From assembly GCF_018977255.1 (NCBI RefSeq), contig NW_024704742.1, positions 40,116,001-40,180,000 on the forward strand: a stretch of 64,000 bases of DNA. The letters are read 5' to 3'. The notes under the pieces were generated by a model. The model was not told the DNA's origin and did not search any database. It worked only from the letters and a program-made list of their open reading frames with translations. A program made the translations under genes and the position numbers. This DNA is from Callorhinchus milii. Lineage: Eukaryota. Shown here piece after piece: positions 36,900 to 50,395 of this stretch. How positions within the stretch are numbered: the first letter of the stretch is position 1; the number at the start of each line of letters is the position of its first letter.

Positions 36900-37856
36900 C
36901 CCTGTTTGTAGTGATCTGCTCACTAGATGTTGATATTGACATCCTCGGGCTCACAGAAATCTGGCTGCCCACCCCGTCCTCCACATTGAAGCCTCCCCCA
37001 TCCCGGCTATACATTCCACCACACTCCCCGCCCCAACCATTACGGCAAGGGGGTGGCCCTCATCTCCCAAACCTCACTTAACCTATCCCCCTATTCCTCT
37101 GGCTGTTTCCCCTCTTTCGAGCACCTCACCCTCTACCATCGCTCCTCTCTGTCCTTCAAAATCCTCCTTGTGTACCATCCCCCCAAACCGCCTGGCCACT
37201 TCTTCACGGACATCTCTTTCCTCTCATCCCTGTCCCTCTGTACTGAACGCCTGCTCATCATGGGCGACTTCAACCTTTTTCAACTCCTGCCCCACTTCCT
37301 CTGACTTCACTGAGGTCCTTTTCACTCACCCTCCATATAAACTCCTTAACCTACAGCCGTGACCACTCGCTATACCTCATTATTCCCCATGGTTTAGATA
37401 TTTCCAGTCTGTCCATCACAAGGCCACCTCAGACAATTTCCTCATCTCCCTCTCCTCTCGCATCCCTCCCCCTCCATCAAGCCTTCCACCATCATTTTCC
37501 AGACATGGTAAAGGCTTCCCCCCCCACCGAGACCTTCACAAATGCCTTGTCATCCTCAGACCTCCTCTCTGTCTGGCCCTCCACTCACAGCAACCCTGAT
37601 GCAGCCGTCAAGCTGCTCCATGATCACCTCTCCTCCACCTTCAACTCTCTTGTCCACCTGAAATCCGGGATTGTCTGCAAACCCATCTGCTCCCCGGTAC
37701 CACTCTTTCCCCATTTTCAGGTTGCACCTGAAGACCTTCTTCTTCAACTGTGCCTATGGTCACATTCCCCTGGCTCGGCATCAGGCTCCAACATTGTTGA
37801 GCACTCTGGTATGATGGTCAGCATGGAGGGTGCTATATAAATGCAAGTTGTTGTAG
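36900..37856 (+). mobile_element. L2 LINE remnant: AP-endonuclease region joined to a 3' end
   Basis: DIDILGLTEIWL, ILLVYHPPK and LLIMGDFN APE motifs across frameshifts; ends GGTGCTATATAAATGCAAG(TTG)n. Confidence 0.85.
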
Positions 37857-38529
37857 ATGTCGTGTCATCTCACCCTATTGATGCCAAATCCTTCCAATTG
37901 TGTCTTTTTGTCGCCCCCCACAAATCGGTGTCCCCATATTACATGACAACCCCACACCTTTTCTGGGGGGCCAGTCACCACTGGAGAAAGGCACAACAGG
38001 GTCAGGAAGGAATTTACCAGCATAGAGTCATACAAGGAGAGCTGTCAGCTGGGTCAGACTGAATATATGGGAATTCAGGATATTTTCCAAGTGCCTCCGG
38101 AATGGTTCCTAAAGGCCATGTGAATGGCTCCCAATTTTTTTTTAAAACAAAAGATTCACTGAAAATACAGAAAGACACGATATTAATTGGGAAAAATAAA
38201 AATTTCTCTCAGGTTTGACTCATCTTCAGGGAGTAAAGGGCTCTGCTGAAATGCAAGGTCAGTTTAGTTGGAACAAAAAAAGTCATCAGCACCATTGTTG
38301 CAAAATCATCTACCTAGTAAATCATCTATAAAGGACAACTTGCATTTCTATAGTACCCCTCATGCAGGGTAGCCTCCTAGAGTGTAAATTAAATATGGTA
38401 TGCAAATTTGCAACCATCATAACTGAATTTGGAACATTGTAAGCCAGTCTTGTCTTGGGGAGTCCCAATCTACCATGCATTTTATACCGTCCAACTCATC
38501 TTTGGGAAATCTACCTGACTGTATTCGCA

Positions 38530-40460
38530 TTGACCTACAAAATGTCTGCTTCCTTTCTGACAAGGCTGTCGCCATCAACAACATCATCGTTGATGAAAAC
38601 ATCAATATCCTGTGGCTCACTGAAATCTGGATCACCCCAGGTGACACCTTCTCCCTAATTGAGGCCACACCACCTGGCTATACCTTCCACCATACCCCAT
38701 GTCCTAACCGCCGTAGCAGGGGTGTGGCCCTCATCTCCAGGTCCTCACTTGCCCTATCCCCCTACTCCTCCGGCTTATTCCCCTCCTTTGAGCAGCTTAT
38801 CCTCAACCATCCCTTCAATGTTTCCCTCAAAATTCTCCTGATTTATTGTCCCCCCAAATCCTCCCCCACCTTCATCTCTGACCTCCACCCTCCTAGCTTC
38901 CCTCTGCCTCTGTTCTGAATGTCTCCTCATCCTAGGCGACTTCAACCTGCACTTCATTCCATCGTGCTCTATCTCCACTGACTTCTCCTCTCTCCTTTCC
39001 CTGCATATCCATTCTGCCGCCCACATTTATGTCCACCCACTCGACCTGGTTATTACCCGCGGATTCAGTGTCTCAGACCTCACAATCACTCTTAAAGCTA
39101 TCTCAGATCACCATTCCATCTCTCTCTTCCCAGCTTCACTCTTTCCTCTCCCGCCACTCCCTTTACGAACCCCTCCAATTGGGTTTCCGTGCTGCCCACA
39201 GCTGGAAGCCGCCCTGGTCAAGATGACACATAACATTCTGTCCATCTGTGACCAGGGCTCCCTCTGTCTTCTCATCCTCCTCGACCTCTCTACTGCCTTT
39301 GACATTGTGGACCACTCTATCCACCTCCACCATCTCACCTCAACCTTCAAAGTTTTGTCCTTGAATCGTACAGATCCTATCTCTCACAGTGACTCCACTT
39401 TGTTTCCACAAACAGCTTCTCCTCCAGCCCCCACACCATCCCATGTGGCATTGCTCAGGGCTCTGTCCTCGCTCCTCTCCTCTTCAACCTACACTTGCTC
39501 CTTCTTGGTGACATCATCCGCAGATATGGGGTCAACTTTCACATGTACGCAGATCACACTCAACTCTATCTCTCTGCCTCCACCCTCGACTCCAGAACCT
39601 CTGATGTCCTAGCAGACTGTCTGTCAGACATCAAGTCCTGGATAAGAGCTAACTTTCTACAGCTGAACGTCAGCAAGACCAAGGCTCTCCTGATTGGCTT
39701 GTGCCAGTGTCTCCGCACCTCAGGCACTGGCAACATCTATGGATGCACACTCCACCTCACCAAGCGAGTCAGGAACCTTGTTCGACCCTCAACTGTTCTT
39801 TCTTCCCCATATCTGTGCCTTCCCCCACCTCTACAACATTGCCCGACTCCGTCACTGCCTCACTGCTCAGTCCACCAAAACCCTCAAATGTGTCTTCATT
39901 ACAATCAGACTCGACTATGCCAATGCCCCAGTTGTCGGCCTCCCCAACTCTTTCCTCCACAAGCTGCAGATCATCCAGTACTCTGCAGCTCATGTCCTCT
40001 CCCACACCAAGCTCTGTGACCCCATCACACCCACCTTCGCCTGGGTCCACTGGCTCCCCATCCCTCAGAGGATAGAATTCTAAATTCTCATCCTCCATGG
40101 CCTTGCCTCCACCTACCTCCCTGACCTGCTAACCCCTTATCAACCTATCCCCTCCCTCCGCTCAGCAGGCTCCGACCTGCTCCATGTCCCCCACCCAGCC
40201 TACCCCACCATCGGTAACCAGGCCTTCAGCCTCTTTGCCCCCATCCTCTGGAACTCCATCCCACATTCGCTTTGTCTCGCTCCCTCCCTTGCCTCCTTCA
40301 AGGCAGCCTCAACATCCTCCTCTTTGATCATGCCTTCGGCCACCCCCTACCCTCCCTGATAACCTCCCCTGCTCGGGTCCTAATCCCTGACTGTTCAGCG
40401 CCTTGGGATGTCCTCCCGACATGAAAGGCGCTTTACAAATATAATTTTGTATTGTATTTG
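38530..40460 (+). mobile_element. L2 LINE, internally deleted ORF2 (APE + RT) and 3'UTR
   Basis: NILWLTEIWI, LIYCPPK, LGDFNLH, LILLDLSTAFDIVDH, FHMYADHTQLY, NFLQLNVSKTK, RLDYANA, HWLPIPQRIEF motifs, then the L2 3' end with a (TTGTA)n tail. Many frameshifts. Confidence 0.93.
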
Positions 40461-43400
40461 GTTAAGGTAATAAAGTGGACTGCATCAGTTTCAAAAATAT
40501 AGATTGTGAGTATCCACATGACCTGAGTGCAACTTTCGTCCTTACCAGACTAGCAGTTAACAAGGGTGAGTGAATCTACTAAATGACATTTTCAATAGGC
40601 ACATAGTCATTACTGAGACTCATGGAGAAGGCCTACACTTAGGAGAATTAATTTTAGTTAATCGAGGCTCACTGCTAAATATGACTACCTGTTGTGTTTG
40701 TTTAATAATCAACAATAATAAATTGGTCATTTTCAATCCACGACTGTTTGTGGGACACTGCTGTGTGCAATTAGCTGCTGGGTTTCACCCACAAATATAC
40801 GGTCAATTCACTTTACAGCGTATTCTGTGAAGCACTTTGAGACATCTAGAAGACGTGAAAAAAGTTACATCAAATGCAAGGATTATTACTATTATTATTA
40901 TTTCTAATCCTCTTGGTGAAATGTATTTTGCTATGTTTGAATGTCCTTCTTTCCTCAGTCTTTAATGTTCATTTTGATAATAGAAGATTTAGTTCCTAAT
41001 ACGTGCTTTATGTGGAAAAACATATTCTTTCATGCTTTTTGCACCCCATATGAATTGGCCACCCCATTTTACATGACAGTCCTGAGCCAATCCCCCACTG
41101 GCTGTCAGCATTGAGCAGCCTGATTCAGATGGATTCAGATCTCAGTGGAATTATTCTTGACAGATGGTTGTTTGCTCATGAGCTTGCCTTTTTCTGGGGT
41201 GGTGGAGCATCTGGATGGATGTCTGAAACACATGGAAACCATCATAATGCATAAGCGTATCAAATCCAAACTCCAAACTCCACATGAGCATGGAAATCCC
41301 ATTTGTCTGGAATGGAATCCACTCTCTCTCCCCAGAGGAACGCACCCTTTTCACCTAATCCCGGAAATATTGGCACAGGTCGGCTTCAGTGACATTTTAA
41401 CTTATTCTGAGTCTACAATATTCTTGTTTTTGTGATTAAAATGCTTACAAAGTACCTTAATCAAAGCATTGTTCAAGTTCAACATGACTTCTGAAGATCT
41501 GAAGTCCCAACATCTTGTTCCTTAACCTCTTATTTCATTTGAATCCAGGGACAAAATGGAGAGGAAAATGTATTCCTAAATTCATCCGGTTTTGTGGGTT
41601 ATTTTAGCTTAATATTTTATAAATATGCAGTGCTGACTCAATATCCTTAAGGTACCATTGCTGACTTTGGGTAATGTTTAAGATTTGAAGCAGTATTGTT
41701 GCTTTATCTATACTACACAAAGCCTATCTATGATTTTGCAGAACATACAGGAACTGGTTTTCAGCAGACCACAGGTGTCACTGCAGCTGCAGGATACTAT
41801 TCTTCACTGCTTAGTCCAAGACTAACATCTTTGTTCTCACTTGAATGGCTATTTGCCTTGCTGCCAGCATGTGTTGCTTAAACTAGGCTTCTGGGTTGCT
41901 TGAACTAGATTCATATTTCCTGTCTTTGTTCGTGTTCTTTTCTCCATCGACTAATATTGGAGCACTGCAGGGACAAAAACTTAAATAAAAATAACTGACA
42001 GGAGAAGGGGGGAATTGTTGGGAGTTAAGAGAAAATAACATAACCTAAAGAGATGATTAGATGCAACAAAAAAGGAAAAAAAGGAGAAGAGATGGAAAGA
42101 TATACTGTTGAGGCTTGCTACTGGAAGGAATACATTGCATGTGAAAGAACAAATGTACAGTAAAATATCTAAGAATATGGTCCCGAACATAAATAGCAAT
42201 GACAAACTAATCTTTTGAAATTTATGTTCACATGAGGGACTTGGATTAGGAATGCCTTTCAGTTTTTGTGAGTCTATGTGCTGTACATTGGGACCCTGGA
42301 ACACACATACATTACAGACATTATGCCCTGAGATTCTTTTTTGTATATTAAGGTGCTATTTACAATGCCAGTGTTCAAATCATTGCATTTTCTACTCCTT
42401 TTGAGGCAATAATTTTAGATTGTAACATTTTCTATAGAACTCCCTAAAGTTGTTAATATGGATTAGATCTCAATGTAAATAAGTTATTAACCATGAAGTA
42501 CAATATTTTTTGCTCCATGTTATTCTGACCATATGCGTAGTACAGTATAAAAGGGATTATTCACAGCAAGTTTTTGCTTGACACTGATCAGAGCTATCAG
42601 TTTGATGAGGTAATGTCGGGGCCAATTTAGCATTCTTGATAACATTTACCAACCCCAAGAGCTTAGCAATGAAAACACTGCAAACACTGAATGTAAAAAA
42701 AGGCATTCTCAAGAATTGGAACACTGGTCAGCCATTGAACAAAATAATAAAACAGAAATTATGTTTTGATTTTGATATTAGATAAACCTCTACATGTGAT
42801 ATCTAAAGCGTTCACCTACTATTGCAGTTTTCCAAATTACAAGAGGTATAGATATCCCTGATATGCCCAATACAGTCAAGAGGTCCACAGAGTCACAATA
42901 AGCTCAGAAGTGTGAAGTTGAACTGATCATTTAGATGTAACTACAAATTTGCCTGCAAATAGTTATTTTTGTTTACAGAAAACCTTGTAAAGTGCTTTGA
43001 GATGTTTCACCGTGACAAAATATGATATCAAATGCAAGAATCATTATTGCTATTACAACTATGTAGAGAGTGGTAAATATGTGCAACCATTTGCCCTGGG
43101 AGGCAGACTGTGTTGAAAAAACTTCAAGAGCGAATTAGATAGGCTTATGATAGGTTTATCATTTTGGGTGGAGCAGAAGAAGGAGAAGAAATTGTGGATA
43201 TGAGAGAAAGAGAGCATGATGTTTAAAACTGATACAGGCCATACGAACTACAATGGTCTTTTTCAGTCTTGTGTGTTCCTTTGTTCCTCTGTTAAATTTG
43301 TGGCAAATGCTCAAGATTTTTGTGTACACATTAGAGATTGAGCTAGGCTGTAATGAATCCAGACACATTTGCTACATATACAGAAAATAAATAACTTTGT

Positions 43401-44519
43401 TTTTTTGGGCATGACACCACCAATCCTGGCATTTGCATCGATTCCAAGGCTACAAACATCAATTAGCTCTGAAGACTGTGCAATGAAGTTTAATTTTCAT
43501 GCCAATTTCTCAATGACATTAATGGCATTAGGGTAATGAAAACGAATTAATAGTCAAAACAAAACAAAATAAATCAGAAGTAAAAATAATGTAAGACATT
43601 CATTCTGGAGGCAAGATTGAGTACTGCGAGAGAAAGTTGGTAAAACGCAGGAATGAATTGAGAATGAGGAGAAGTGTTAGCTAAGAAATAATGTTATGAA
43701 TAGCATTTAGACATGTCTGGGTGAGGGAACTCATTTAAAAATGATCTCTTTGGCCAGGAAATTTACACTGAAGGTGAATGAAAATTTCATTTAAGTTACG
43801 TTTTAGTTTTATAGCAGCACTGTGGTCGATATACTTTTTTAAAAATAAATTCTTTCAGGTCTGTATTTCCATTCTCATATAAATACACAGTCACTACAGT
43901 TTATAGTATACTTTTGTGAAGGGCTTTGAGCTATTTGGGCAATGTGAAAGGAGCTATATTAAATGTAAGGATTATTATGATTGAAGAGATTATTAATTTT
44001 AAAAATTAGAAATCCTTGTTTTCTTAGAAGCTTCATCGAAATCTAAAGTAGGATCTAATGTTGCATGCATTCATTTCTAGTTATAAGTTATAACTATAAA
44101 TAGTTTGATGCTTTACTATTGCAACTTGCATTAACTTTAATTTTGTCTAATTATGCTGGGGAAATCCCGCTACAAATGTACATCATGGAAGTTGATAAAT
44201 AATAAAAAATAATCCTTGCAGTTGATATAGCGCCTTATCACGTCGTCGAGGCATCGCAATGCCCTTCACAAGATATACTGTGAAGTGGTTTGACTGTATA
44301 CTTTGTGGGTGAAACATGGAGGCCAATTGCAAACACCCAAAATATGCATAATACTGAGGGACATTTCTCACCTTCTTACTGTAAAAACAAATTGCACAAC
44401 ACTGTCTCTGAACACCAAAATGTCTAGCACTTAATGTGTGAGGAAATATGAAGAAGATGACAGAAGGTGATACATAGTTATGATACAATTTATATTTATA
44501 TAGTTATAATTGCCAATTG

Positions 44520-45560
44520 CTGCTCATACTCATTCCTCTAACACTGGGGATCATCCTCATTCCTCTTCTCTGCACTGCTTCTGGGGCCTAGGCAGCCCCA
44601 ACCAGAACTGCATGCAGTACTCCAGGTGTGGTCTGACCCGAGCACTGTACAGATTGAGTATTCCTTCTGGGGAATTAACTAAAATGAATGGCTATTCCCC
44701 CTCCCAAACCCCCATGCTCATATCCTAATCCCTGACTGTACAGCACTTCGGGACGTCCTCCTGACATAAAAATGTAATTTTGTATTGTATTGAGTCCAAC
44801 ATTCTGTTTGCCTTCTTTGTTGCTGCTTCACGTATGGAGGTGAGCAATGAATAACTAGCACCCCAAATCTCCTTCAACTTCCTCCTTGATAAATTCTATC
44901 TCAATCATGGAGTTTGTGTGTTTTCTACTTCCCAGATACAGTATCTATCTGCCTCGTATCTACTGTATTGAACTTCATTTGCCAGTCATCAGCCCATCAG
45001 CATACCCTATCAAATTCTCTTTGCAAGTCAATTTAGGATGTCACCTGTTCCAAAAAAGTCGAAGGCATTTGTTAGACCTTCCGAATCTGTGCTGACTGTA
45101 TTTTATTAAGTTATTTTTATATAGGTAATATTCAATTTTGTTCTTGATATTTGACTCTCAGTTTTCTAATTACTGTGGTCAGGCTAATGATTCTGTAGCT
45201 GCCGGATACGGTTCTATTACCTTTCCTCAATACGGGAACCACGATTGCTCACTTCCACTCTGTTGGAACTTCACTGGTGATTGATTCCTCGTAATGTCTG
45301 TCAGTGCTACACCAATCTCCTGTGTTGTCTCTCTAAGTATCCTGGGGTACAGTTCTTCTGTCCCAAAGGATTTGTTGTTTTTCAACATCTTGAGCCTATC
45401 TGGAAACTCAGTCTCACTTATGTCAAGGTACTGGAACTCGAACAATATTTGCTGGATGTTGGAAGCATGTTGGGAGCATCCCTTCTTAGTAAAAATGTTC
45501 AGAAAGTAATTGTTTAATATGTTCACTGTCTCCTAGTCATTCTTTTTCTCAAGCTACTTT
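44520..45560 (-). mobile_element. Decayed CR1 LINE ORF2 fragments (minus strand), with a small L2 tail at ~44690-44790
   Basis: ORF 45227-45526 (NILNNYFLNIFTK...LKNNKSFG.EELYPRILRE) and the reverse-complemented LYSARVRPHLEYCMQFW motif at ~44600-44655. Confidence 0.8.
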
Positions 45561-45764
45561 GGGTCTCTTTGGGTTTTAGCTTCCTCCCTGGCTGACCACT
45601 TACTGCTATAATGTTGAAATACACTGTTCTGGTGGGTGATGGACATTGAGGAAATGTGCAGTCAGATTTGGGGAGGCGAGTGGGTAGTCAATTAGGAAGA
45701 TAAGTTTTTCTGTTTATGTCAGATATTAAAGGCTTGGATAATTGAATTTTAACTGTATAATGTT

Positions 45765-46280
45765 TGCTGACTGACATCAAGGGAGTAGAGGAGCTGCAGA
45801 GGAGATTTATTAGGATGATACTAGGGATCAGTGGTTTGGACTTTGAGCAGAGACTGGAGGAACTAGAACTTTTTCCGCTAAAACAAAGAAGGTTTAGAGT
45901 TGACCTGATAGAAGTGTTTAAAATGAGGAACAGTTTTGATGGAGTCAGTAGGGAGAAATTATTTTTACTGGTCCATGAATCAACGATTAGAGGGCATTGG
46001 TTTAAGATAGTTAATAAATGAGCAAATTAGGACTTTAGGGGATTTTTTGAATGCAGAGCAATTAGGATATGGAATGCTGTGCTGGGAGCATTTACTTGAG
46101 GTTCAATCTACATTAGCTTTTAAAACAGAACTAGATAAAAATACCTAAACGGAGTCAGATACAGAGACATGGAGAAAGGGCAGGTAAAAGGGACTGAAAT
46201 GATAGTTTCTAAAAGAGCCAGCACAGGCACAATGGGCCAAATGATCTTTTTTGTTGTAAATTTCTATGGTTCTGTGGACT
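45765..46280 (+). mobile_element. CR1 LINE 3' end
   Basis: DIKGVEELQRRFIRMI...RRFRVDLIEVFK...RGHWFKI and 3'UTR AGCACAGGCACAATGGGCCAAATG...TTCTATGGTTCT. Confidence 0.85.
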
Positions 46281-46764
46281 CTCACTTTTTGGCACTGGTA
46301 ACAAAAATCTTGCAAACTGAGATTAAAACCTTTAGCATGCCTAGAAATACTGGAGGAAAATGCTCAATTTTTGTTTATATAATCATTATCTTGCTCCCTT
46401 CCCTAAACAAAACTGCACTCTGTAGCCATAAATTAATACAGATTCAGTTACTGTGTCCAGTTATGGTTAGTGACCAAAATTGGATGAAGTTTCTTTTTGT
46501 ACAGATTTTGCTTTCCAGTCCAATAAAAATAACCACATTACAAAAACTGCAGCATTGCTTTTAGGCATCCAAATATAACATGTGGATTCTGCCTTCCTTC
46601 ATGAAAACAGTTGAAGGCTGCAATGAATGCCTGGAGAATCAATTCCTCACCTCTGTTGGTCAGGATCGGCCTCTTTTATTTGAAAATGGAAAGAACAGAA
46701 CTTTTATAGCATCCTATTATGATTAAAATGTGCTTAAGAGATAAATATTGTCAAGTGTAGCAAT

Positions 46765-47125
46765 AATAATAACAATCCTTACATATGGTATAGCTTTCAT
46801 GACAGGAGGATATCTCAAAGCACTTCATGCAATATACTATAAGGTGGAGTGTATCTTGTGGGAAAACATGGCAGCCAATTGTACATAGCAATATCCCACA
46901 AACAACCATGAAGTGAATGATTAATTTTTATTTGGGGGATGGTTGGCCAGGACACCAGGTGAAACTTTCTTCTCTTTTCGAATAGTGTCATGGAATCTTT
47001 AAAGTCCATGTGAACAGACAGATAGGACCTTAGTTTAATGTCTCATCCAAATGACAATGTGCCCCCTGCACTATATTGAAGCATCAGACTATCAGATTTG
47101 GAACTATGTGAGTTCCAAGTCCCAA
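46765..47125 (-). mobile_element. Deu-domain SINE, decayed
   Basis: Same family as 48495-48945 (GGACACCAGG...TTTTCGAATAGTGTCATGGAATCTTTAA...GTTTAATGTCTCATCC). Confidence 0.7.
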
Positions 47126-48494
47126 CATTACTGAAGTAAATGTAGTTGGAAGTAAATATGGCAGCTGATTGTACCATCAAGGTCTCACAAACCGGATTGT
47201 TAGTTAAGACACCAGGAAAAAATACCATCTCTTTTCAAATGGTGTCACAGAAAGTTTAATGTCCACCTGAGGAAAAGGCATCTTGTATACAAGTCACCTC
47301 CAACAATGTTGCAGTCCCTCAGCAATACAACTCTCAAGCCTTGAACTCAAACCTCGTGGCTTGAACACTGAAGCTCTAACCAAAAAGGAAGAGTGCTACT
47401 AAATGTACAAACCTTAGAGTAAAACAGTACCACAGTAATGGTTATTTGATTAATTGCAATTAAAATTCTCATATTTATTCAATAAATTAATGAGAACAAG
47501 AAACTGAGTAATCATTAATACATTGTTTAAAATAGTTTTTTAATAATCGGGTTGCTTTTGAAAATTTTTTTTTNGAAGGGAAGGGCACTATTGTTTAGAA
47601 CGCTTGAAACTATATCCAATATGTTTGTTGTATTCAATAAGCTATTGTTGATACAAATATTTAATGTTTAGAAAGTGCTCATTATCGCTTTTTGTTACTC
47701 TTACCCAAACATTGAACTTTAAATGCCAGATTTGTATATGATGGGGATTTAAGTCAGCCTTTTCTTGGCTGGTTAAGTTTGGCACAAAGCTTTACATTTA
47801 TGTTACCAGTGCAGCAGAAGAGGGAATCGAAAGTAGCTCCCATTATATTTGTGCACACTGTGCCAATTCATCTCTGGGGCTTTAAACAGCTTAAAGAAAA
47901 TATAATATTGCTATAGAAAAGAGCTTTGCAGGTCATGCTGCAAACTCCATCATTGAAATAAAGAACCTTGCATAAACAATTCCACAGTTCAAATTATCAT
48001 TCCCACTTCATATTTTATTCCGGCATCTATTTTTATGTTTTTCATTATATTTCAATACATTCTGTATCCTATTATTTCAATTATTGAAGAAGAACATTGT
48101 TGTATTCCTTGTGGAAGTGTGCTGGAAATATAGTGAATGCACATATCTGTTCATACTTTGGGAAGTAAAATAAGATTGGTGTAACTGCATCGAGCTGTTT
48201 CAGGGCTTTTCTGCGTTCTTGGTTTTACTCCTCTTGTGCTGAGCTTCTAAATCTGACCTTCGCTCTAGATCTCTGGGTTTGCATTCGTCTGTGCTTGTTT
48301 GGTGGAGGTGAAAGTGACAATGTGGCCCTAAAGACTGCCTTTGTTGTGTCAGACCCCCTCATTCTCAGCTTTGTAGGGAGTGATTTGATTCTGCAGGACA
48401 AATAGGAATTTGGCGCCACCAAAAAGGGCAGAGTTTATGGGGTCATTCTGTTTAGGTGTTAAATGTTTTTGACCTATATAATAATAATTAAATA

Positions 48495-48945
48495 ATAATA
48501 ATCCTTGAATTTGGTCTGGCACTTTTCATATCAGGAGAACATTCCAAAGTGCTTCACAAGATATATTATGAAGTGGAGTGACCGTGTGTTTTATGGGTGA
48601 ACGCGGCAGCCAATTTGTGCACAGCAAATGCCCCATAATGTCAAACAGTCATGAAATGAATGATCAATTTTATTAGTGGAATTGTTGGCCGGGACACTGG
48701 GAGAAACTTCCCTTCTGTTTTCGAATAGTGACATGGGATCTTTAATGTCCACCTGAACAGGCAGACAAGGACTTGGTTTAACGTCGCACCTGAAGGACAA
48801 CACCTCTAACAATGCAGCAAACTCCCTGCACTGCATTGCAGTGTCAGCCTAGACTATATGAGTTCCAAGTCCTAACATGGAACTTGAACCCACAACCTTC
48901 TGAGTCAGAAGAGTTTAGTGTTATTAACTGTGCAAGCCTGACACC
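48495..48945 (-). mobile_element. Deu-domain SINE, near full length
   Basis: Reverse complement shows a head GGTGTCAGGCTTGCACAG...TCTGACTCAGAAGGTTGTGGGTTCAAGTTCC, a Deu core (GACGTTAAACCAAGTCCTTGTCTGCCTGTTCAGGTGGACATTAAAGATCCCATGTCACTATTCGAA) and a (TTA)n tail. Confidence 0.85.
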
Positions 48946-50089
48946 TGTAAGTAACAATAAAAGAGTGGGGGAGTGGAGTCTGGCAGATACAAATTGAATA
49001 CAATGATTGGAGTTGAGAGAGTCTAAATAAAGGACTGTTTTTGTTGGTAATCCAATCTGAGTGTATTCTGAGAGAGCTGTAATGTGCCCATGGAGTGAAG
49101 GTAGGTAGAGGTGAAGGTCATTGGGGTCTGATCTGAGATTGCTGAAGGTTCTATATAATGGTGTAACTGCTTCAGGAAAATATCACTTATCTGAAGTAAA
49201 TTTTGTGTAGATTTGAGTATTTTATTTTTCTTGGAAATTTCTAGTTTATTGTGGGGGCATTTTCTATTAGAACTATTTAATCTGCCAGGGCATGGCATTC
49301 ATTGTTTCTGATGATGATTGATGTAGTTTAAAGCTTTGAAACATATAGAATAGGGCTGCAATCTCACTGCTATATTTATAATACATGTTTACACATGTAC
49401 AGTACACATTATTCTACTATGGAATATATACAATTTTTCATCATGCTACAGCAAAAATACATGCCACTTGTACATACAGAAACACAAAATGAAGTCTAAT
49501 TTGTAAACAACCCATGTGCAAGATGTGATGCTTGAGTTAATCATGTCCAAATGCAATATTTGACTCAATATTTGATTAACAACCAATGAAAGGAATTACA
49601 AAATTAACTACTTGCTTAGTCACAGCCTGGCTCAGTTTGTAGCACTCTTACTTGTGAGTTTGATTGTTGGAGTTCAAGTATCAAGTCAAGGACTTGAGCT
49701 CATCGGGCAGCCTTGCATTCTAGTGCAGCACTGGAGGAAGTGTGGCTATTTGTCAGCCTGGGTCAGTTGGTAGCACTCTTGCCTCTGAGTCAGCAGGCTG
49801 TGGATTCAAGCCCCAATTTTGAACTTTGAACTCAGGTGAAGAGGTAGGTTTTAAGGCGGGACCTAAAGACTGATGGAGAGGAGTGAGACAGAGGAATATA
49901 TGGAAGAAGTTATCTCGTAACTAGTAGTGGTTTCAGGTGGAGTGCAATTGTGATGGGTTCGAATCACACTTGGGTTCATTCCCCTAGGTCTGTTCGAAGA
50001 TCTCAGGGCATTCAAGAGGTGACCTGGAAACTGGATATATAGCAGCCAACAAACTGAGTTGCCATTCCATTGCCACTGACCCAAATGAA

Positions 50090-50395
50090 TGAGAAAGGAC
50101 CCGGGTTAAATCTGTGCTAAATTAGCTGATCTTAACTGATAAGTAGTTGGGCATTACTATTATCCTCAGTGCCATTGGACGAGGGAGGTAAAAATGATCT
50201 TTCCTTTGATTATTCTCTGAGCCCTGCTGGAAAGTGAACATGAGTGAATTTTATACAAGGACATAATTGGGTTTGTTATTTATGCCTCATGGTCCCTGTC
50301 AGTTCACACATGAAAAATGGCCATTTGGGAGAGAGCTACCAGTGGACAGCAGATACTGTTGTAACTTACTTCAGCATGAATCAACCTCTTCGGAA
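50090..50395 (+). mobile_element. LF-SINE-like relic
   Basis: TCTGTGCTAAATTAGCTGATCT...CCTCAGTGCC...AGGGAGG...CCCTGCTGGAAAGTG...TCACACATGAAAAATGGCCATTTGGG...CAGCATGAATCAAC matches the recalled LF-SINE consensus. Confidence 0.7.

Noticed and set aside
36251..36933. ORFs of 66-152 aa before the L2 fragment
   Set aside because: No recognisable domain or exon chain; could be decayed repeat sequence.
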